From an uncultured bacterium (lineage in GTDB: Bacteria > Muiribacteriota > Ozemobacteria > Ozemobacterales > Ozemobacteraceae), in the NCBI GenBank assembly GCA_964483805.1, contig CAZADH010000001.1, positions 28,724 through 92,723 on the forward strand: DNA of 64,000 nt, written 5' to 3'. Made by a program: the position numbers and the translations under genes. Shown here piece by piece: positions 39,617 to 49,732 of this stretch. Below the pieces are notes generated by a model. That model was given only the letters and a program-made list of their open reading frames with translations, did no database searches and was not told the DNA's origin. The stretch's first letter is position 1; every line of letters starts with the position of its first letter.

Positions 39617-41341
39617 GTGAACTCGGAACATGAGCAGGCCGAATCGCCAGTATTGCGCCCGCCTCGTATGCAACAATCCCCGAAGATCACCATTGTGGGA
39701 GGTTCCCCTGTGACATCACGTGCATGGCATCGACAACTTCGTTTCGCGCTGGTCGCACTGATGGTGTGCGGCGCGGCGGTCATGGCCGTCCTGACCGGTT
39801 GCGGGCAGAACAGCAGCGTGCCCGGACTCGTTAATCGCACCCTGACCCTTCTCGTGACGGCGTATTCAGGAACGGCCAGCCCGACTGTTTCGCTGCGCCC
39901 GCTCGTGGTTCAGTCGTCGCCGCCACGGATCGTGCTCGAATACGGTGGTGGCGACGACAAGCGGCGCGTGGTTCTCGAGCGATTGAGCCTCGACAACCTC
40001 GACGACAAGGGGATCCTGCACTTCGCGGTGCTGATCAACGAAGCCATGCGGCGCGTGGGCACACAGACGTTTACGATCGCCATCGAGAACGATTTCGGCA
40101 CCATCTTACGGGGTATTTACACACATGCGGGGAACGTCGATGCCGAGATCAACCCACGCGTCGAGGTCCTGCTCAACGCCCTTTCCACGGCCAAGGCGTT
40201 GGTTTTTGACGAGTCGGTCACGCGCGGCCAGACGTTTGACTATCCGACGTTCGAACAACTGGTGGTCACCGGCGGCGGCGAGCTGTACGGACTCGATCTC
40301 AAGACCCTGGTCAACCTGGTGACCAGCACGTTGCTCGGTGATATGCGTTCGGGCCGCCTGTCGGCCGACAGTCAATACGATGTGAAGACACAAATGCAGG
40401 TTCGGGTGTTCACGCCGATCCGCACTGCCAGCGAAACCGGGACGGCAAGCGCCACCTCGACCATTGCCTCGACTACCGATTACGTCGGCCAGAGCACCAC
40501 GACTTTCGGCACGCCGACATCCAGCACCGGTGGCGGTGGTAGTAGTGCCGTGGCCGTCACCTCGTTGGGCATTATGGGCCGCATCGTCAACGCATCTGCG
40601 GTGGGTATCGGCGGCGCCCAGGTTTGGCTCGAAGCGGCACCACAAGTTGTCACGACGACGGCAGCCGACGGCAGTTTTGTCCTCAACGGGCTTCCGGCCG
40701 GGATGTATCGGGTCGTCGCGCGCGCCGTGGTGGGCGCTACCACCATGACCAATCGGTCGGCCGTGGTCCCAGCCGGTGCGGTCACGCAACTTCCTGACCT
40801 GCAGTTGCTGCCGGCTTCCCCGACCGTGGCGATTCGCGTGAATGACAGCACGCAGGCCCCGATCGTGAACGCCCGGATATCCTGGTGGGGAGAATCGGTG
40901 AACACGGACGCTTCGGGGGCATGCAACCTGCCGCCAATGCCGATCGGTGCGACCGGCGAGATCCAGTGCACCGCGACCGGATTCACACCTTGCACGCTCA
41001 GTTGGCTCGCGAGCGCAACCTATCGCCAGGATCTGTCGATCACCCTGTCACGCACCAGCGAACTGAACGCGGGGCCGAGCGTGCAACTGAGCCACGACAC
41101 CACGCTCGCGCCCACGCGACGCATCATCCGCCTGTTTGCCCAGGGCGCTGATGCCGACGGGACACCGCTCACCTATCGATGGCTCGGGGCGACCGCGGGC
41201 ACCCTCGCGAGCGGCACCGGACCGAGCGACGTGACATGGACCGCACCGGCCGGCGCGTTCACCAGCACGTTTGTCGCCGTCGAAGTGACCGACCCGGCGG
41301 GCTGGCGCGCGTCGTCTGACATTCTCATTACCGACTACTGA
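39617..41341 (+). CDS. Hypothetical lipoprotein with a carboxypeptidase-regulatory-like (transthyretin-fold) domain
   Basis: Lipobox LTGC. The segment GRIVNASAVGIGGAQVWL...DGSFVLNGLPAGMYRVVA resembles CarbopepD_reg. The start may instead be at 39668. Confidence 0.5.
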   Translation: MNSEHEQAESPVLRPPRMQQSPKITIVGGSPVTSRAWHRQLRFALVALMVCGAAVMAVLTGCGQNSSVPGLVNRTLTLLVTAYSGTASPTVSLRPLVVQSSPPRIVLEYGGGDDKRRVVLERLSLDNLDDKGILHFAVLINEAMRRVGTQTFTIAIENDFGTILRGIYTHAGNVDAEINPRVEVLLNALSTAKALVFDESVTRGQTFDYPTFEQLVVTGGGELYGLDLKTLVNLVTSTLLGDMRSGRLSADSQYDVKTQMQVRVFTPIRTASETGTASATSTIASTTDYVGQSTTTFGTPTSSTGGGGSSAVAVTSLGIMGRIVNASAVGIGGAQVWLEAAPQVVTTTAADGSFVLNGLPAGMYRVVARAVVGATTMTNRSAVVPAGAVTQLPDLQLLPASPTVAIRVNDSTQAPIVNARISWWGESVNTDASGACNLPPMPIGATGEIQCTATGFTPCTLSWLASATYRQDLSITLSRTSELNAGPSVQLSHDTTLAPTRRIIRLFAQGADADGTPLTYRWLGATAGTLASGTGPSDVTWTAPAGAFTSTFVAVEVTDPAGWRASSDILITDY

Positions 41342-41380
41342 GATCATGTGGGATGATCACCAAACCTGCCGACGGGTGAT

Positions 41381-42868
41381 TCAGCCCCTCGAGAACACTT
41401 CCGCCGGCTCGCTCCACCGGTAATCGCGGTGGGTCGGGCCCAGCCCCATCACTGAAATCGGCGCACCCACGAGCCCGGCAATCGTCGCGGCGCAGGCGTC
41501 AGGCGTCAGGCCGTGGGTGCGTTGCCACACCGGTTCGCAGTGGCGCAGCCAGCGGGCCAGCAGTTGCTGGTGTGCCGGCTCGGGATCGGGGGTAGGGCGA
41601 ATAGCGGTGATCACCGTTTCGTCGTGCCCAAAGACGAAGAAATCGTCGGGGCCGCGGCCATCGATCGTGTCGCCGCGTCCCTTCGCCGACGAGAGGCGAT
41701 AACGGTTCGCGAAGCAGATTTCGGGCAGCGCTGTGACGCGGTCGAGGTGGGTGACGGCCAGGCGATCGATGCCGCCGTTGACCGCGACGGCGTAACGCAA
41801 GGCGACCGCGTCGAGCCAACCCACGCGGAACGGCCCCTGCCAGGGGTGCAGTTTGTTGTGCGTGTCGGGCAGCAGTTCCGTCAGGCGGGTGCTCTCGGTG
41901 ACGAACGGGCCCGGGCCGTGGCGTGTGGTGTAGGCACGGGTGACCCCGATGACCAGCGAGGGGACGGGCGGATCGAGGCGCGCCAGCAAAGCGAAGGCTG
42001 GGGCCGTCGTCGTGACGGTCTTGGTGACGAACGGCCAGAAACCGTGGGTGCGATCGAGCAATACACCGTGTGCACCTTCACAGATTACCGGCGTCGTCGC
42101 CACTTGGGCGGCAATGGCGGTGGCGGCCGCGGCGGGAGGGCCAATCAAGCCGGGCCTTCGGCGCAGCAGAGCCTCGCAATCGGCGACCCAGTCAGGAAGC
42201 CAGGCCGGGTCGCCCAGGTCGCGCAGCATCTCGGCAAGATGCGGCTGATCGGGATGGGCGTCGAGCAACTGCTCGGCCCGATCGAGGCAGTTCAACCTTA
42301 CGAAACGCGCCTTCTCTTCGAGACCGCTCAGGCTCAGCAGATCAGCGGCGCGCGGTGCCTGCTCGCCAAAGACGGCTGCGTCGTGCACCGTCTGGCCGAC
42401 ACCCATGCCGCAACTGCCGTGTCGGCGGGAGCCGCGCGCAACCTCGCGCATGCGGCCGAGTGCGCGCTGCCAGGGGGTGATCACCAGGCAGGCGGGGTCG
42501 ATGGTCAGGCGGGCAAGACCGTCGGCAAAACCCGCGGCGGTGAAGACGTCGTTCTCGCGCATGAGCGCCGGCGGGTCGATGAGCATGGTGTCGGCCAGCA
42601 CCCCGCGCACGTCGGGAGTCATGAGCCCCGCCGGCAACTGGCTGAAACAGTGGGTGCGCCCCTCGGGATCGACCACGTGATGCGCCGCCTGCGGGCCGCC
42701 GTTGTAGCGCACAACCAGGCCCGCGCCGTGCGTACGGGTCAGGAAATCGACGACCGCCCCTTTGCCCTCGTCGCCGTAACCGAGACCGACGACGACATAC
42801 ACTGTATGGCGACGTTCGTTCACTGCGTCGGCGAGGTCTCGGGAAAAACGGCGAGGAAGTCTTGCCAC
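41381..42868 (-). CDS. Adenylosuccinate synthetase (PurA)-family protein, divergent paralog
   Basis: Collinear PurA motifs: VVVGLGYGDEGKGAVVD (P-loop), VVRYNGGPQAAHH (the GHNAGHT region, altered), GSCGMGVGQT (GTTGRGIGP), EGAHGVLLDRTHGFWPFVT, RAYTTRHGPGPF, GWLDAVALRYAVAVNG. Confidence 0.75.
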   Translation of the reverse strand: MARLPRRFSRDLADAVNERRHTVYVVVGLGYGDEGKGAVVDFLTRTHGAGLVVRYNGGPQAAHHVVDPEGRTHCFSQLPAGLMTPDVRGVLADTMLIDPPALMRENDVFTAAGFADGLARLTIDPACLVITPWQRALGRMREVARGSRRHGSCGMGVGQTVHDAAVFGEQAPRAADLLSLSGLEEKARFVRLNCLDRAEQLLDAHPDQPHLAEMLRDLGDPAWLPDWVADCEALLRRRPGLIGPPAAAATAIAAQVATTPVICEGAHGVLLDRTHGFWPFVTKTVTTTAPAFALLARLDPPVPSLVIGVTRAYTTRHGPGPFVTESTRLTELLPDTHNKLHPWQGPFRVGWLDAVALRYAVAVNGGIDRLAVTHLDRVTALPEICFANRYRLSSAKGRGDTIDGRGPDDFFVFGHDETVITAIRPTPDPEPAHQQLLARWLRHCEPVWQRTHGLTPDACAATIAGLVGAPISVMGLGPTHRDYRWSEPAEVFSRG

Positions 42869-43749
42869 GCCTGCATGGCCGGGTCGAAGGCATGGTGCGA
42901 GATGCCGTCGCTGAGCATGAAATGACGATAACCGAGTTGACTCATCAAACGCAGATCCGATAGGTCGGCCATCGACGGCGAATCACCCTGGCGCAAACCC
43001 ATGAACAGGTGCGAGGCAAGGATGGCGGTCGGGTCGCGGGCGATGATCAGCGAAAGCGCAGGCAGAATCCGGGCCTTGTTGGCGCCGATGTTGGTGAGCA
43101 GGTCGTCACGGGCGGCCATCAGGCGGCAGTGGGGATGGGTCAGGCGGGCGAACTCGTGCCCGACGAAGGCCAGGCCTGCCGGGGATTCGATTTTCAAGAC
43201 GCAACGGGCGCGCGGATTGATGCGCAATACTTCGTCAATATCAGATGCTCTTTCGACGAACGACAACATGAAATCGTCGATGCCGGCAGCAGCGGCAGCC
43301 TGAATATAGGCGCGGTCTTCGGTGGTCAGGTAGTCGCCGCCGATCTCGACGTGGTCGCCGATGATGTTGACGGCTTGCCCGGCGCCGAGGGCCGAGCGGG
43401 GATCCGGATCGACGAAGACCTGGTTCCCGCGCGTGGCGACGACGTTCGACCACTCGGCGCCGCGAAAATGGATGCGTGCCGGCCCGCGCACAACCACCTC
43501 GCGATTGAGTTCGATGTCGCCGTAGGTCGGGTCGGCCCAGCGGGTGATCCGCAGTTGGCGGCCCTTCAGGTCGATCCACAGTTGCTTGCCGGCGTCGCGG
43601 GCGATGTCGGCCAATTGTGTCAATACATCGTGTGGCGACAAGGCGGTGCGGGCGCCGACGTTGTAGCGCACGCCGCCGATCCCGGGGTGGTTGATCATCC
43701 GCTGCAGCAACGGCAAACGGTGGAGCGAGGGGAGGGTTCCGATCAGCAT
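42820..43749 (-). CDS. Pyruvate-kinase-like TIM-barrel protein (about 310 aa, PK barrel domain only, no C-terminal allosteric domain)
   Basis: Collinear with the PK A-domain: ...LWIDLKGRQLR..., LTTEDRAYIQAAAAAGIDDFMLSFVERASDI, LKIESPAG (PK KIENQEG), MAARDDL (PK MVARGDLG). Overlaps the downstream PurA-like gene by about 49 nt. Confidence 0.55.
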   Translation of the reverse strand: MLIGTLPSLHRLPLLQRMINHPGIGGVRYNVGARTALSPHDVLTQLADIARDAGKQLWIDLKGRQLRITRWADPTYGDIELNREVVVRGPARIHFRGAEWSNVVATRGNQVFVDPDPRSALGAGQAVNIIGDHVEIGGDYLTTEDRAYIQAAAAAGIDDFMLSFVERASDIDEVLRINPRARCVLKIESPAGLAFVGHEFARLTHPHCRLMAARDDLLTNIGANKARILPALSLIIARDPTAILASHLFMGLRQGDSPSMADLSDLRLMSQLGYRHFMLSDGISHHAFDPAMQAWQDFLAVFPETSPTQ

Positions 43750-43849
43750 CGACTTCGTCCTTTCTGTGATGGGTCGGCAGGCGCCGACCATCTGTGGGGG
43801 TTGGCGAGACCCGCAGACAGCAGGCGATTGGGCGACCTGCGCGAGCCGA

Positions 43850-45328
43850 TCAGAGGCGTTGCGCCTTGCTCTTGCGCGACTTGCCGGCGCCCTTGCCGAC
43901 GAGCGCGTTGCCCTCGACCTTGACCAGGGCATTGTTTGTTTGCAGGTCGGCCAGCGCTTTGCGGGTTTCGTCCTGGCGCAACGCCGTCTGACCGCGACCC
44001 TGCATGTCGACCATGTAGGCGTCGAGATCGCGGGTGCCGGCCTTGATCGCCAGCGCACCGAGCAATACATCGACAATCGCCTTGGGGTCGTCGATGGTCA
44101 ACAGGTTCTCGTGCGGGATCACCGCCGCCCACTGGTTGCGGATCGTGGCATCGTCGTAGCCGGCGTAATTGCCCGATGCCTTCGCCTCGGCGGCCTGCTC
44201 GGCGGGGCGCTGAGACGGATCGTAGGTGAAGGCCGCGACCTCGACGTTGCTCTCGTCGCCGGTCTCGCCGGCCCGAGTTGTGCCTGTGAAATGCTTGATC
44301 TCGCCGTTGATCTCCAGTTCGACCTTGAAATCGGTGGCCGCCTGGCTGTATTCGTGGAACCTGTAATTCTGCACAAATACGCGGTATTTACCGGCAGGCG
44401 CCTCGCCCTTGCGCCAGCGCACGTTCTCGACCGGTTTGGTCGTCTCGCCGCTGACGTTCATGTCGACGTCGAGCCAACCACCGCATGGCGACTTCTTGTC
44501 GCCGAAGTAGATGTGATAGCCACTGGGTGCGATGACGTGCAGATCGAGATCGTTGGTGTTGTTCCAGAGCAGCGACGCCCGGATGTCGACGCCGTCGTAC
44601 TGGCCACCGGCGGCGAGCACCCGCTGCCGGATCTCGGCATCGATGTCGGATTTGCGTTGTTCCCAACTCTTGCGCGGGTAGATGAAGAAGACGTGGAATT
44701 TCTCCTGCAATTGGGCAAAGATCTCGGCGGCGCTGAGATCCTTGCCGATGCGGTCGCCAACGACCGCTGCGACCTGTTCGCGGTAGAGCTTGGGGTAGAA
44801 CCCTTCGTCGCCGATGAAGAAGAAGTAGCCCTTCTGCCCGGCGGCAAGACAGGCGAGATCGGCGTGGCGCGCGTAGTAGTAGGCCGCGAGTTCGTACGAC
44901 TCCTGGCCGGTGCCACCGCCGCCCTCCTCGAGCCACATGTTTGTCAATACAGTGTCAAGCTTATTGTCGGCGGCGAACTGACCGACCTGCAGCGGTGCCT
45001 TGTCGCACGTGGCGTCGCCGATCGCGGCGAAGCTGACCAGCGGGCCGGGCACGTAGTTCTTCATGCAGATCTGGCCGATCAGCATGGGCAACTTGCCGTA
45101 GACGACCTTGGCGTCGTCGCCGCGCGAGCGGGTGACATCCATGGCCACGACCACCGGGGTGTGCGTGACCCCCGATTGGGCTGGACACTTCAGCGTGCGG
45201 CCCTTCGGATCGAGATCGGCATGCACGCCGGTGCGGGTGTGCGTGCCGCGGTCGTTTGGACTCGCGAAGGCGCGATGTGCTGTGGAAGATCGTGAAGAAA
45301 CGTCGCCGCTGTAGAAGCCACCACCCAT
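43850..45328 (-). CDS. vWA-domain protein (TerY-like) with an uncharacterised C-terminal beta-rich domain
   Basis: The MIDAS-type DxTxS motif begins the vWA fold (VVVAMDVTRSRG). The C-terminal domain has no confident family. Confidence 0.6.
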   Translation of the reverse strand: MGGGFYSGDVSSRSSTAHRAFASPNDRGTHTRTGVHADLDPKGRTLKCPAQSGVTHTPVVVAMDVTRSRGDDAKVVYGKLPMLIGQICMKNYVPGPLVSFAAIGDATCDKAPLQVGQFAADNKLDTVLTNMWLEEGGGGTGQESYELAAYYYARHADLACLAAGQKGYFFFIGDEGFYPKLYREQVAAVVGDRIGKDLSAAEIFAQLQEKFHVFFIYPRKSWEQRKSDIDAEIRQRVLAAGGQYDGVDIRASLLWNNTNDLDLHVIAPSGYHIYFGDKKSPCGGWLDVDMNVSGETTKPVENVRWRKGEAPAGKYRVFVQNYRFHEYSQAATDFKVELEINGEIKHFTGTTRAGETGDESNVEVAAFTYDPSQRPAEQAAEAKASGNYAGYDDATIRNQWAAVIPHENLLTIDDPKAIVDVLLGALAIKAGTRDLDAYMVDMQGRGQTALRQDETRKALADLQTNNALVKVEGNALVGKGAGKSRKSKAQRL

Positions 45329-45432
45329 GGATCACCCTCCTGCCGGATCGGATATTGCCCGGCGCCGTCGCGCCTGGATGTCGACCGTCCCATGTCCCCC
45401 CGTGGAAGTATATGCGTTTCGCGGCGGTGTTG

Positions 45433-46563
45433 CTATTCGACGGTGAACGCAACGAATCGCGGTGGACCGAACAGTTCGGTGCGCAACTCGCGCAACTGGC
45501 CGTGCATTTCCCAGGCGTCCTGGGCGCGTTGTCGCGGGCTGTCGCGGAGGAAGAACGCGGCGAATCGCTGCAGGCGCTCGTCGATGGCCGGCGGCAACGC
45601 TCCGGTGGCGGGATCGCCGCCGAGCAGGTGGATCATGCATTTGCCCACGGCGAACAGATCGGCGGCCGGCGTCGGTGCGCCGCGTTGCTGCACTTCGGGA
45701 GCGTGGAAGTCAGGGTTGAAACACTTGAAGGAATCGCCGGTGCGGGCCGGTTCGAGGATCGAGTAGCACCAGTCGATGAGAAATACATTGTGATCACGCG
45801 GTCGCACCATGATGTGGGCCGGTTCGATGTTGCCGTGGAGCATGCCGCGACTGTGCGCGTAGCCGAGCACGCTCAGCAGGCGTTCCCAGATCCAGAGCAC
45901 GTGCTCGGCGGGAACGCCGCGGGGCAGTCTCTCGCGCAGCGTCAGACCGTCGAGGGCGTCGAGACGGCGCAGAACATTGCCCAGTTGGCCGTCGGTGGTC
46001 TTGAACTGGTCGAGCAACACCGGCAGATGCTTGGTCTGTGGCCCCGCATCGGACCAGAGTTTGCGCAGGGCATCGGCTTCGCGCTGCAGCATCGGGTTGT
46101 CTGCGGGGTCGGTCACGAGTTTGGCGACCACCCCGGCATCGCCGGTGTCGGCGTCGATGCAGGTGCCGCCATAGATCATCGCCAGGTCGCCCTCGGCAAG
46201 GACCGAGGTGAGATGATACTCACGCCGGCGCGTGCGGATACGCAGGTCGATGTCGCTGTCGTTCCCGTCGCCGGCGGGTGAGTCTGAGGCGGTATGCACG
46301 CCGTAAATACCACTGGCAATGCGGCTCTGGGCGCGCTGATACAGGTCGTTGAGCCGGGCGCACGCCTCATTGGCGAGGTCGAGTGCGTCGGGGTCGCGGG
46401 CGAACAGATCGGGGTGCACGAGTCGCGACAGCCGATGGTACTCGGCGCGCACCTGCGCAGTGATTGCCGCCGCATCGGCCCTGGCAGGAGCGTCGCCGAA
46501 GATCTCTTCGACGCGGATCGCCTGCATCAGCCGTTCGTAGATGGCGCGCAGTTCAGTGGACAT
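45433..46563 (-). CDS. J-domain (DnaJ, HPD motif) fused to a protein-kinase-like domain, likely a pseudokinase
   Basis: N-terminus YHRLSRLVHPDLF carries the HPD tripeptide. The kinase-like part has VVAKLV (equivalent to VAIK), but the catalytic loop reads HGNIEPAH rather than HRDLKPEN, so the catalytic Asp is replaced by Asn. The DFG region reads LIDW. Confidence 0.6.
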   Translation of the reverse strand: MSTELRAIYERLMQAIRVEEIFGDAPARADAAAITAQVRAEYHRLSRLVHPDLFARDPDALDLANEACARLNDLYQRAQSRIASGIYGVHTASDSPAGDGNDSDIDLRIRTRRREYHLTSVLAEGDLAMIYGGTCIDADTGDAGVVAKLVTDPADNPMLQREADALRKLWSDAGPQTKHLPVLLDQFKTTDGQLGNVLRRLDALDGLTLRERLPRGVPAEHVLWIWERLLSVLGYAHSRGMLHGNIEPAHIMVRPRDHNVFLIDWCYSILEPARTGDSFKCFNPDFHAPEVQQRGAPTPAADLFAVGKCMIHLLGGDPATGALPPAIDERLQRFAAFFLRDSPRQRAQDAWEMHGQLRELRTELFGPPRFVAFTVE

Positions 46564-46594
46564 CGGGCGACATGTCGTGCGGACCGTGACCCGG

Positions 46595-47065
46595 TCAGAC
46601 CGTGGCCACGCCTTCGTCGGTCGGCGGTGGCGGCGGGTTTTTCGCCATCTCGAGCCGACACCAGGCGTACAGGGCATCGTAAACGGCGAACTGGTGGGCA
46701 AGATTGGCGCGATCGTCGGGGAAGACCAGGCCGAAACCGGTGGCGATCGCCTCGAGACCGGCCGCCAGTGGGTCGTCATCGAGGGCGTCGGTGTCGGCGG
46801 CATCGACGATGCGCGCGAGGCGTTCGAGGGCGCGGTCGCGCAAGCGATAATGCCGCATGATGGTCACAAACGAGCAGTGACCTTCGTGGTGGCCGAGTTC
46901 GACACCCGGAACATCGAAAGGAATCGCGGCTTCACGCCGCGCGGTCTCTTCGATGGCGGCAGGCGAAACGAAGAGAAACTCGGCGTCGGCATCGATGAAG
47001 CGTTTGATCAACCAGGGGCAGGCAACACGATCAACATGAACCCGCGAGCGGGTGACCCATTTCAT
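46595..47065 (-). CDS. ChrB C-terminal-domain-like protein (chromate-resistance-associated domain)
   Basis: MKWVTRSRVHVDRVACPWLIKRFID resembles ChrB-C-domain signature sequences, recalled from memory. Confidence 0.45.
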   Translation of the reverse strand: MKWVTRSRVHVDRVACPWLIKRFIDADAEFLFVSPAAIEETARREAAIPFDVPGVELGHHEGHCSFVTIMRHYRLRDRALERLARIVDAADTDALDDDPLAAGLEAIATGFGLVFPDDRANLAHQFAVYDALYAWCRLEMAKNPPPPPTDEGVATV

Positions 47066-47119
47066 TCGCTCTCTCCCTCGAATGCGGTACAGTGGTGGCT
47101 TTGCTGTGCTCATGCTATC

Positions 47120-48067
47120 ATGAATCGGTTGCCAACCCGACCGTCGTTTGAAGGGGGCCATGTGGACGAGTCGCCACGCTACTACCGATTGTCCGGAGAA
47201 ATGGGGCCGGTTGGCCCCGTGATGGCTTTCGCGTACGGGGTGCTTGCCGCCGTCCTTCTCGCGATTCCCTACGGTTATGCGATCCGCTACATTCCCATTG
47301 TTTATCTGAATGTGCTGATTACGCTCGTCTTTGGCGGGTTCATCGGTTGGATGACGGGCAAGGGGGGCATGGCCGGCAAGATCCGCAATGCCACCATCCT
47401 CGGTGTCGTCGGCATCGTGACCGGTGCCACCGCCCTCTATTGCGGGTGGGTTGGCTGGCTGTTTGCGCTGTCGGGCGGCAAATCCTTGGTCTTGTGGCCC
47501 CCCGACCTGTGGGGGTTCGTGGGCGAGATCGCCAAGGTCGGCACCTGGAGCCTGCGCGGCGGCCAGAACGTGTCGGGGTGGACTCTTTACATTGTATGGA
47601 TCTTCGAAGCGGTCTTCATTGTTGGGTTGTCATGGTTCATTGCCGCCAATCACCTCGAAGATGAGGTGTTCTGCGAGCGCTGCCAAGTGTGGCTGGGCGA
47701 GCCGCGCAACAGTGGGTCGTTGGAGGTTCCGCCTGATCCAGACGCCTTTCGCGCGGCCGTTGAAGGCGGTGACATCAACCCGTTGCTGGCGTTGTTCCGC
47801 AGTTCGGGAACGCCCGAGCTGTTTGCGCTGGTGAACTGGTGGCACTGCGCGCGTTGTCGCCAGATCAGTGTGGTCAAGGTGTCGGCGATCCGAACGACGC
47901 TCAATGACAAGAAGAATGAAGAAACCGAGACGGCGGTGTTGTTGGATCCCATGCAGATCGGGGCGGCGGACGTGGCCCGGCTCGAGGAAGCGGCCGCAAC
48001 ACCGCGCGCGCCTGCGGTGGAAAACGATCCCACAGACGAGTCAAAAGAAGGCCCTGCGCAGGGCTGA
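47120..48067 (+). CDS. Hypothetical integral membrane protein
   Basis: Several transmembrane helices, a CxxC...CxxC pair (CERCQ...CARCRQ) and an acidic C-terminal tail. Confidence 0.5.
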   Translation: MNRLPTRPSFEGGHVDESPRYYRLSGEMGPVGPVMAFAYGVLAAVLLAIPYGYAIRYIPIVYLNVLITLVFGGFIGWMTGKGGMAGKIRNATILGVVGIVTGATALYCGWVGWLFALSGGKSLVLWPPDLWGFVGEIAKVGTWSLRGGQNVSGWTLYIVWIFEAVFIVGLSWFIAANHLEDEVFCERCQVWLGEPRNSGSLEVPPDPDAFRAAVEGGDINPLLALFRSSGTPELFALVNWWHCARCRQISVVKVSAIRTTLNDKKNEETETAVLLDPMQIGAADVARLEEAAATPRAPAVENDPTDESKEGPAQG

Positions 48068-48083
48068 TGCGAGGAGTATGCCA

Positions 48084-49628
48084 ATGAGTAAGCGAGCGGA
48101 AGTCCGGTGGTTGGCGCTGGTGGTGTTCTTCCTTGTCGCGTTGGTGTCGGCGGTGCCGGCCAGCGCCGCCGATGATCGTGCTGCCGGCGACACCGGTGTT
48201 GCGGTGACCGGGTTGTCGCGCCGCGCCGGGCCGGCACTGAGCACCGATGATCTGCCGATGTCGCGACTGGTTCGCGACTATCGGGCATTGCGCAGTCTGG
48301 CCGACACCGGCGACGCCTTGTGCGTCGAGATGAATGGCCATCTGCAGCGCTTGCGTAATGCCGAGACGCTGACGATCGAGGATGAAGAAGCGCTGGCGCG
48401 GTGGATGTTTGCGAACCGCAACCTGCGGCGCGCGCTTGGGCAGATCGCCGAACGGTGGCGCAACTGGGCGACACAGCCGGGCGTCTCGCCGCTCAAACAG
48501 GAAAAGGCGTTGCAGGTGTCGTTCGCAGCCTTGCTCGAGTGGTACCGCAACTGTGTCTATCTCAGCGCCGGTCCGCAGAAGTTCAAGATCGTGCGCCGCA
48601 AGCTGAACGAGCGGGTGCCCGAACTCGACCTGCCAGCCGATCAACTGGATGCCATGATGGCGCCGCTGGGTAATCACGATCTGGCCGAGCAGATCGAAGA
48701 TGGCTACCAACAGATTGCTGCCGTCATTGCCCGCGAAGGCACCACGAACCGGCCGATGCAGGCGCGCATGGAAGCGAACTACAAATTCATTACGCAGTAT
48801 GCACCGAATCCCTGGAAGATGCGGGTGCGCAACTGGTGGCAAACGTTCCTGCATACGACGCGCAATCGCTATTACCGGGCCGAGGCCGCGTTGTTCACGT
48901 GGGTCGGCGATTCGAAATACAAACGCCATGCGCCGAGCATCAAGCACGAGCGCATTCGCGAAATGACCGCGAAGCTGCAGCCGGGCGACATCTTGCTCGA
49001 GCGCGAAAACTGGTTCATGAGCAATATCTTTCTGCCTGGCTTCTGGCCGCATGCGATCTTGTATGTGGGCACCGTCGATGATCTGCGCAAGCTTGGGCTC
49101 GACCGCGAGCCGATCGTGGCGGCGCACCTGCAAGCCATGGATGAAAACGACGATCACGGGCACACCCGCCGGGTGGTCGAGGCGGTCAGTGATGGCGTGG
49201 TGATGAGCTCGATGGAGGAAGCGACCGACGCCGACTATATCTGCGCATTTCGTCCGCGTCTGTCTCAGGAACAGATCAAGGCGGTCATCGTCGAGGCGTT
49301 CCGGCATGTGGGCAAACCGTACGATTTCGAGTTCGATTTCCAGACAGCCGACAAACTGGTGTGTTCCGAGCTGATCTACCGGGCGTTTCGTGGCAAACTG
49401 CCGCTGAATCTGAAGCGAACCATGGGTCGGTGGGCGATGCCGACCGATGATCTCGTGCGGCTGTTCACCAACGAGCGCGTCTCGCCCGAGCGCAACCTCG
49501 ATTTTGTGTTCTTCCTCGACTCCGACCCGAAGACGGGGCAGACGATGTTTCGCGATGCCGAAGCCCTGTGTCAGACCCTGAAGCGTCCCGGTTTCGACTG
49601 GCAGCAGAAGTCGTTGCCGAATCCCTGA
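48084..49628 (+). CDS. Secreted protein with a C-terminal YiiX/YaeF-type permuted papain-like domain
   Basis: GAGGAG ribosome-binding site, signal peptide, and a C-terminus VCSELIYRAFRG / HAILYVGTVDD typical of the permuted papain fold. Confidence 0.6.
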   Translation: MSKRAEVRWLALVVFFLVALVSAVPASAADDRAAGDTGVAVTGLSRRAGPALSTDDLPMSRLVRDYRALRSLADTGDALCVEMNGHLQRLRNAETLTIEDEEALARWMFANRNLRRALGQIAERWRNWATQPGVSPLKQEKALQVSFAALLEWYRNCVYLSAGPQKFKIVRRKLNERVPELDLPADQLDAMMAPLGNHDLAEQIEDGYQQIAAVIAREGTTNRPMQARMEANYKFITQYAPNPWKMRVRNWWQTFLHTTRNRYYRAEAALFTWVGDSKYKRHAPSIKHERIREMTAKLQPGDILLERENWFMSNIFLPGFWPHAILYVGTVDDLRKLGLDREPIVAAHLQAMDENDDHGHTRRVVEAVSDGVVMSSMEEATDADYICAFRPRLSQEQIKAVIVEAFRHVGKPYDFEFDFQTADKLVCSELIYRAFRGKLPLNLKRTMGRWAMPTDDLVRLFTNERVSPERNLDFVFFLDSDPKTGQTMFRDAEALCQTLKRPGFDWQQKSLPNP

Positions 49629-49680
49629 GTGGGTGACGTGCCCGTTATACTTACGTTGCACATCAATCGTATGTAAATCG

Positions 49681-49709
49681 ACCGGGGTCGCCGCAATGGC
49701 GACCCCGGT
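49681..49709. terminator. Perfect 12-bp stem hairpin (ACCGGGGTCGCC gcaat GGCGACCCCGGT) between convergent genes
   Basis: Perfect inverted repeat. On the minus strand it is followed by a T-containing stretch (TCGATTTACAT). Confidence 0.45.
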
Positions 49710-49732
49710 CTGGTATTGGCCGGTTGTTGCGG

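Noticed and set aside
43691-45295. 534-aa plus-strand ORF
   Set aside because: It is antisense to the vWA gene. Its sequence has no recognisable features.
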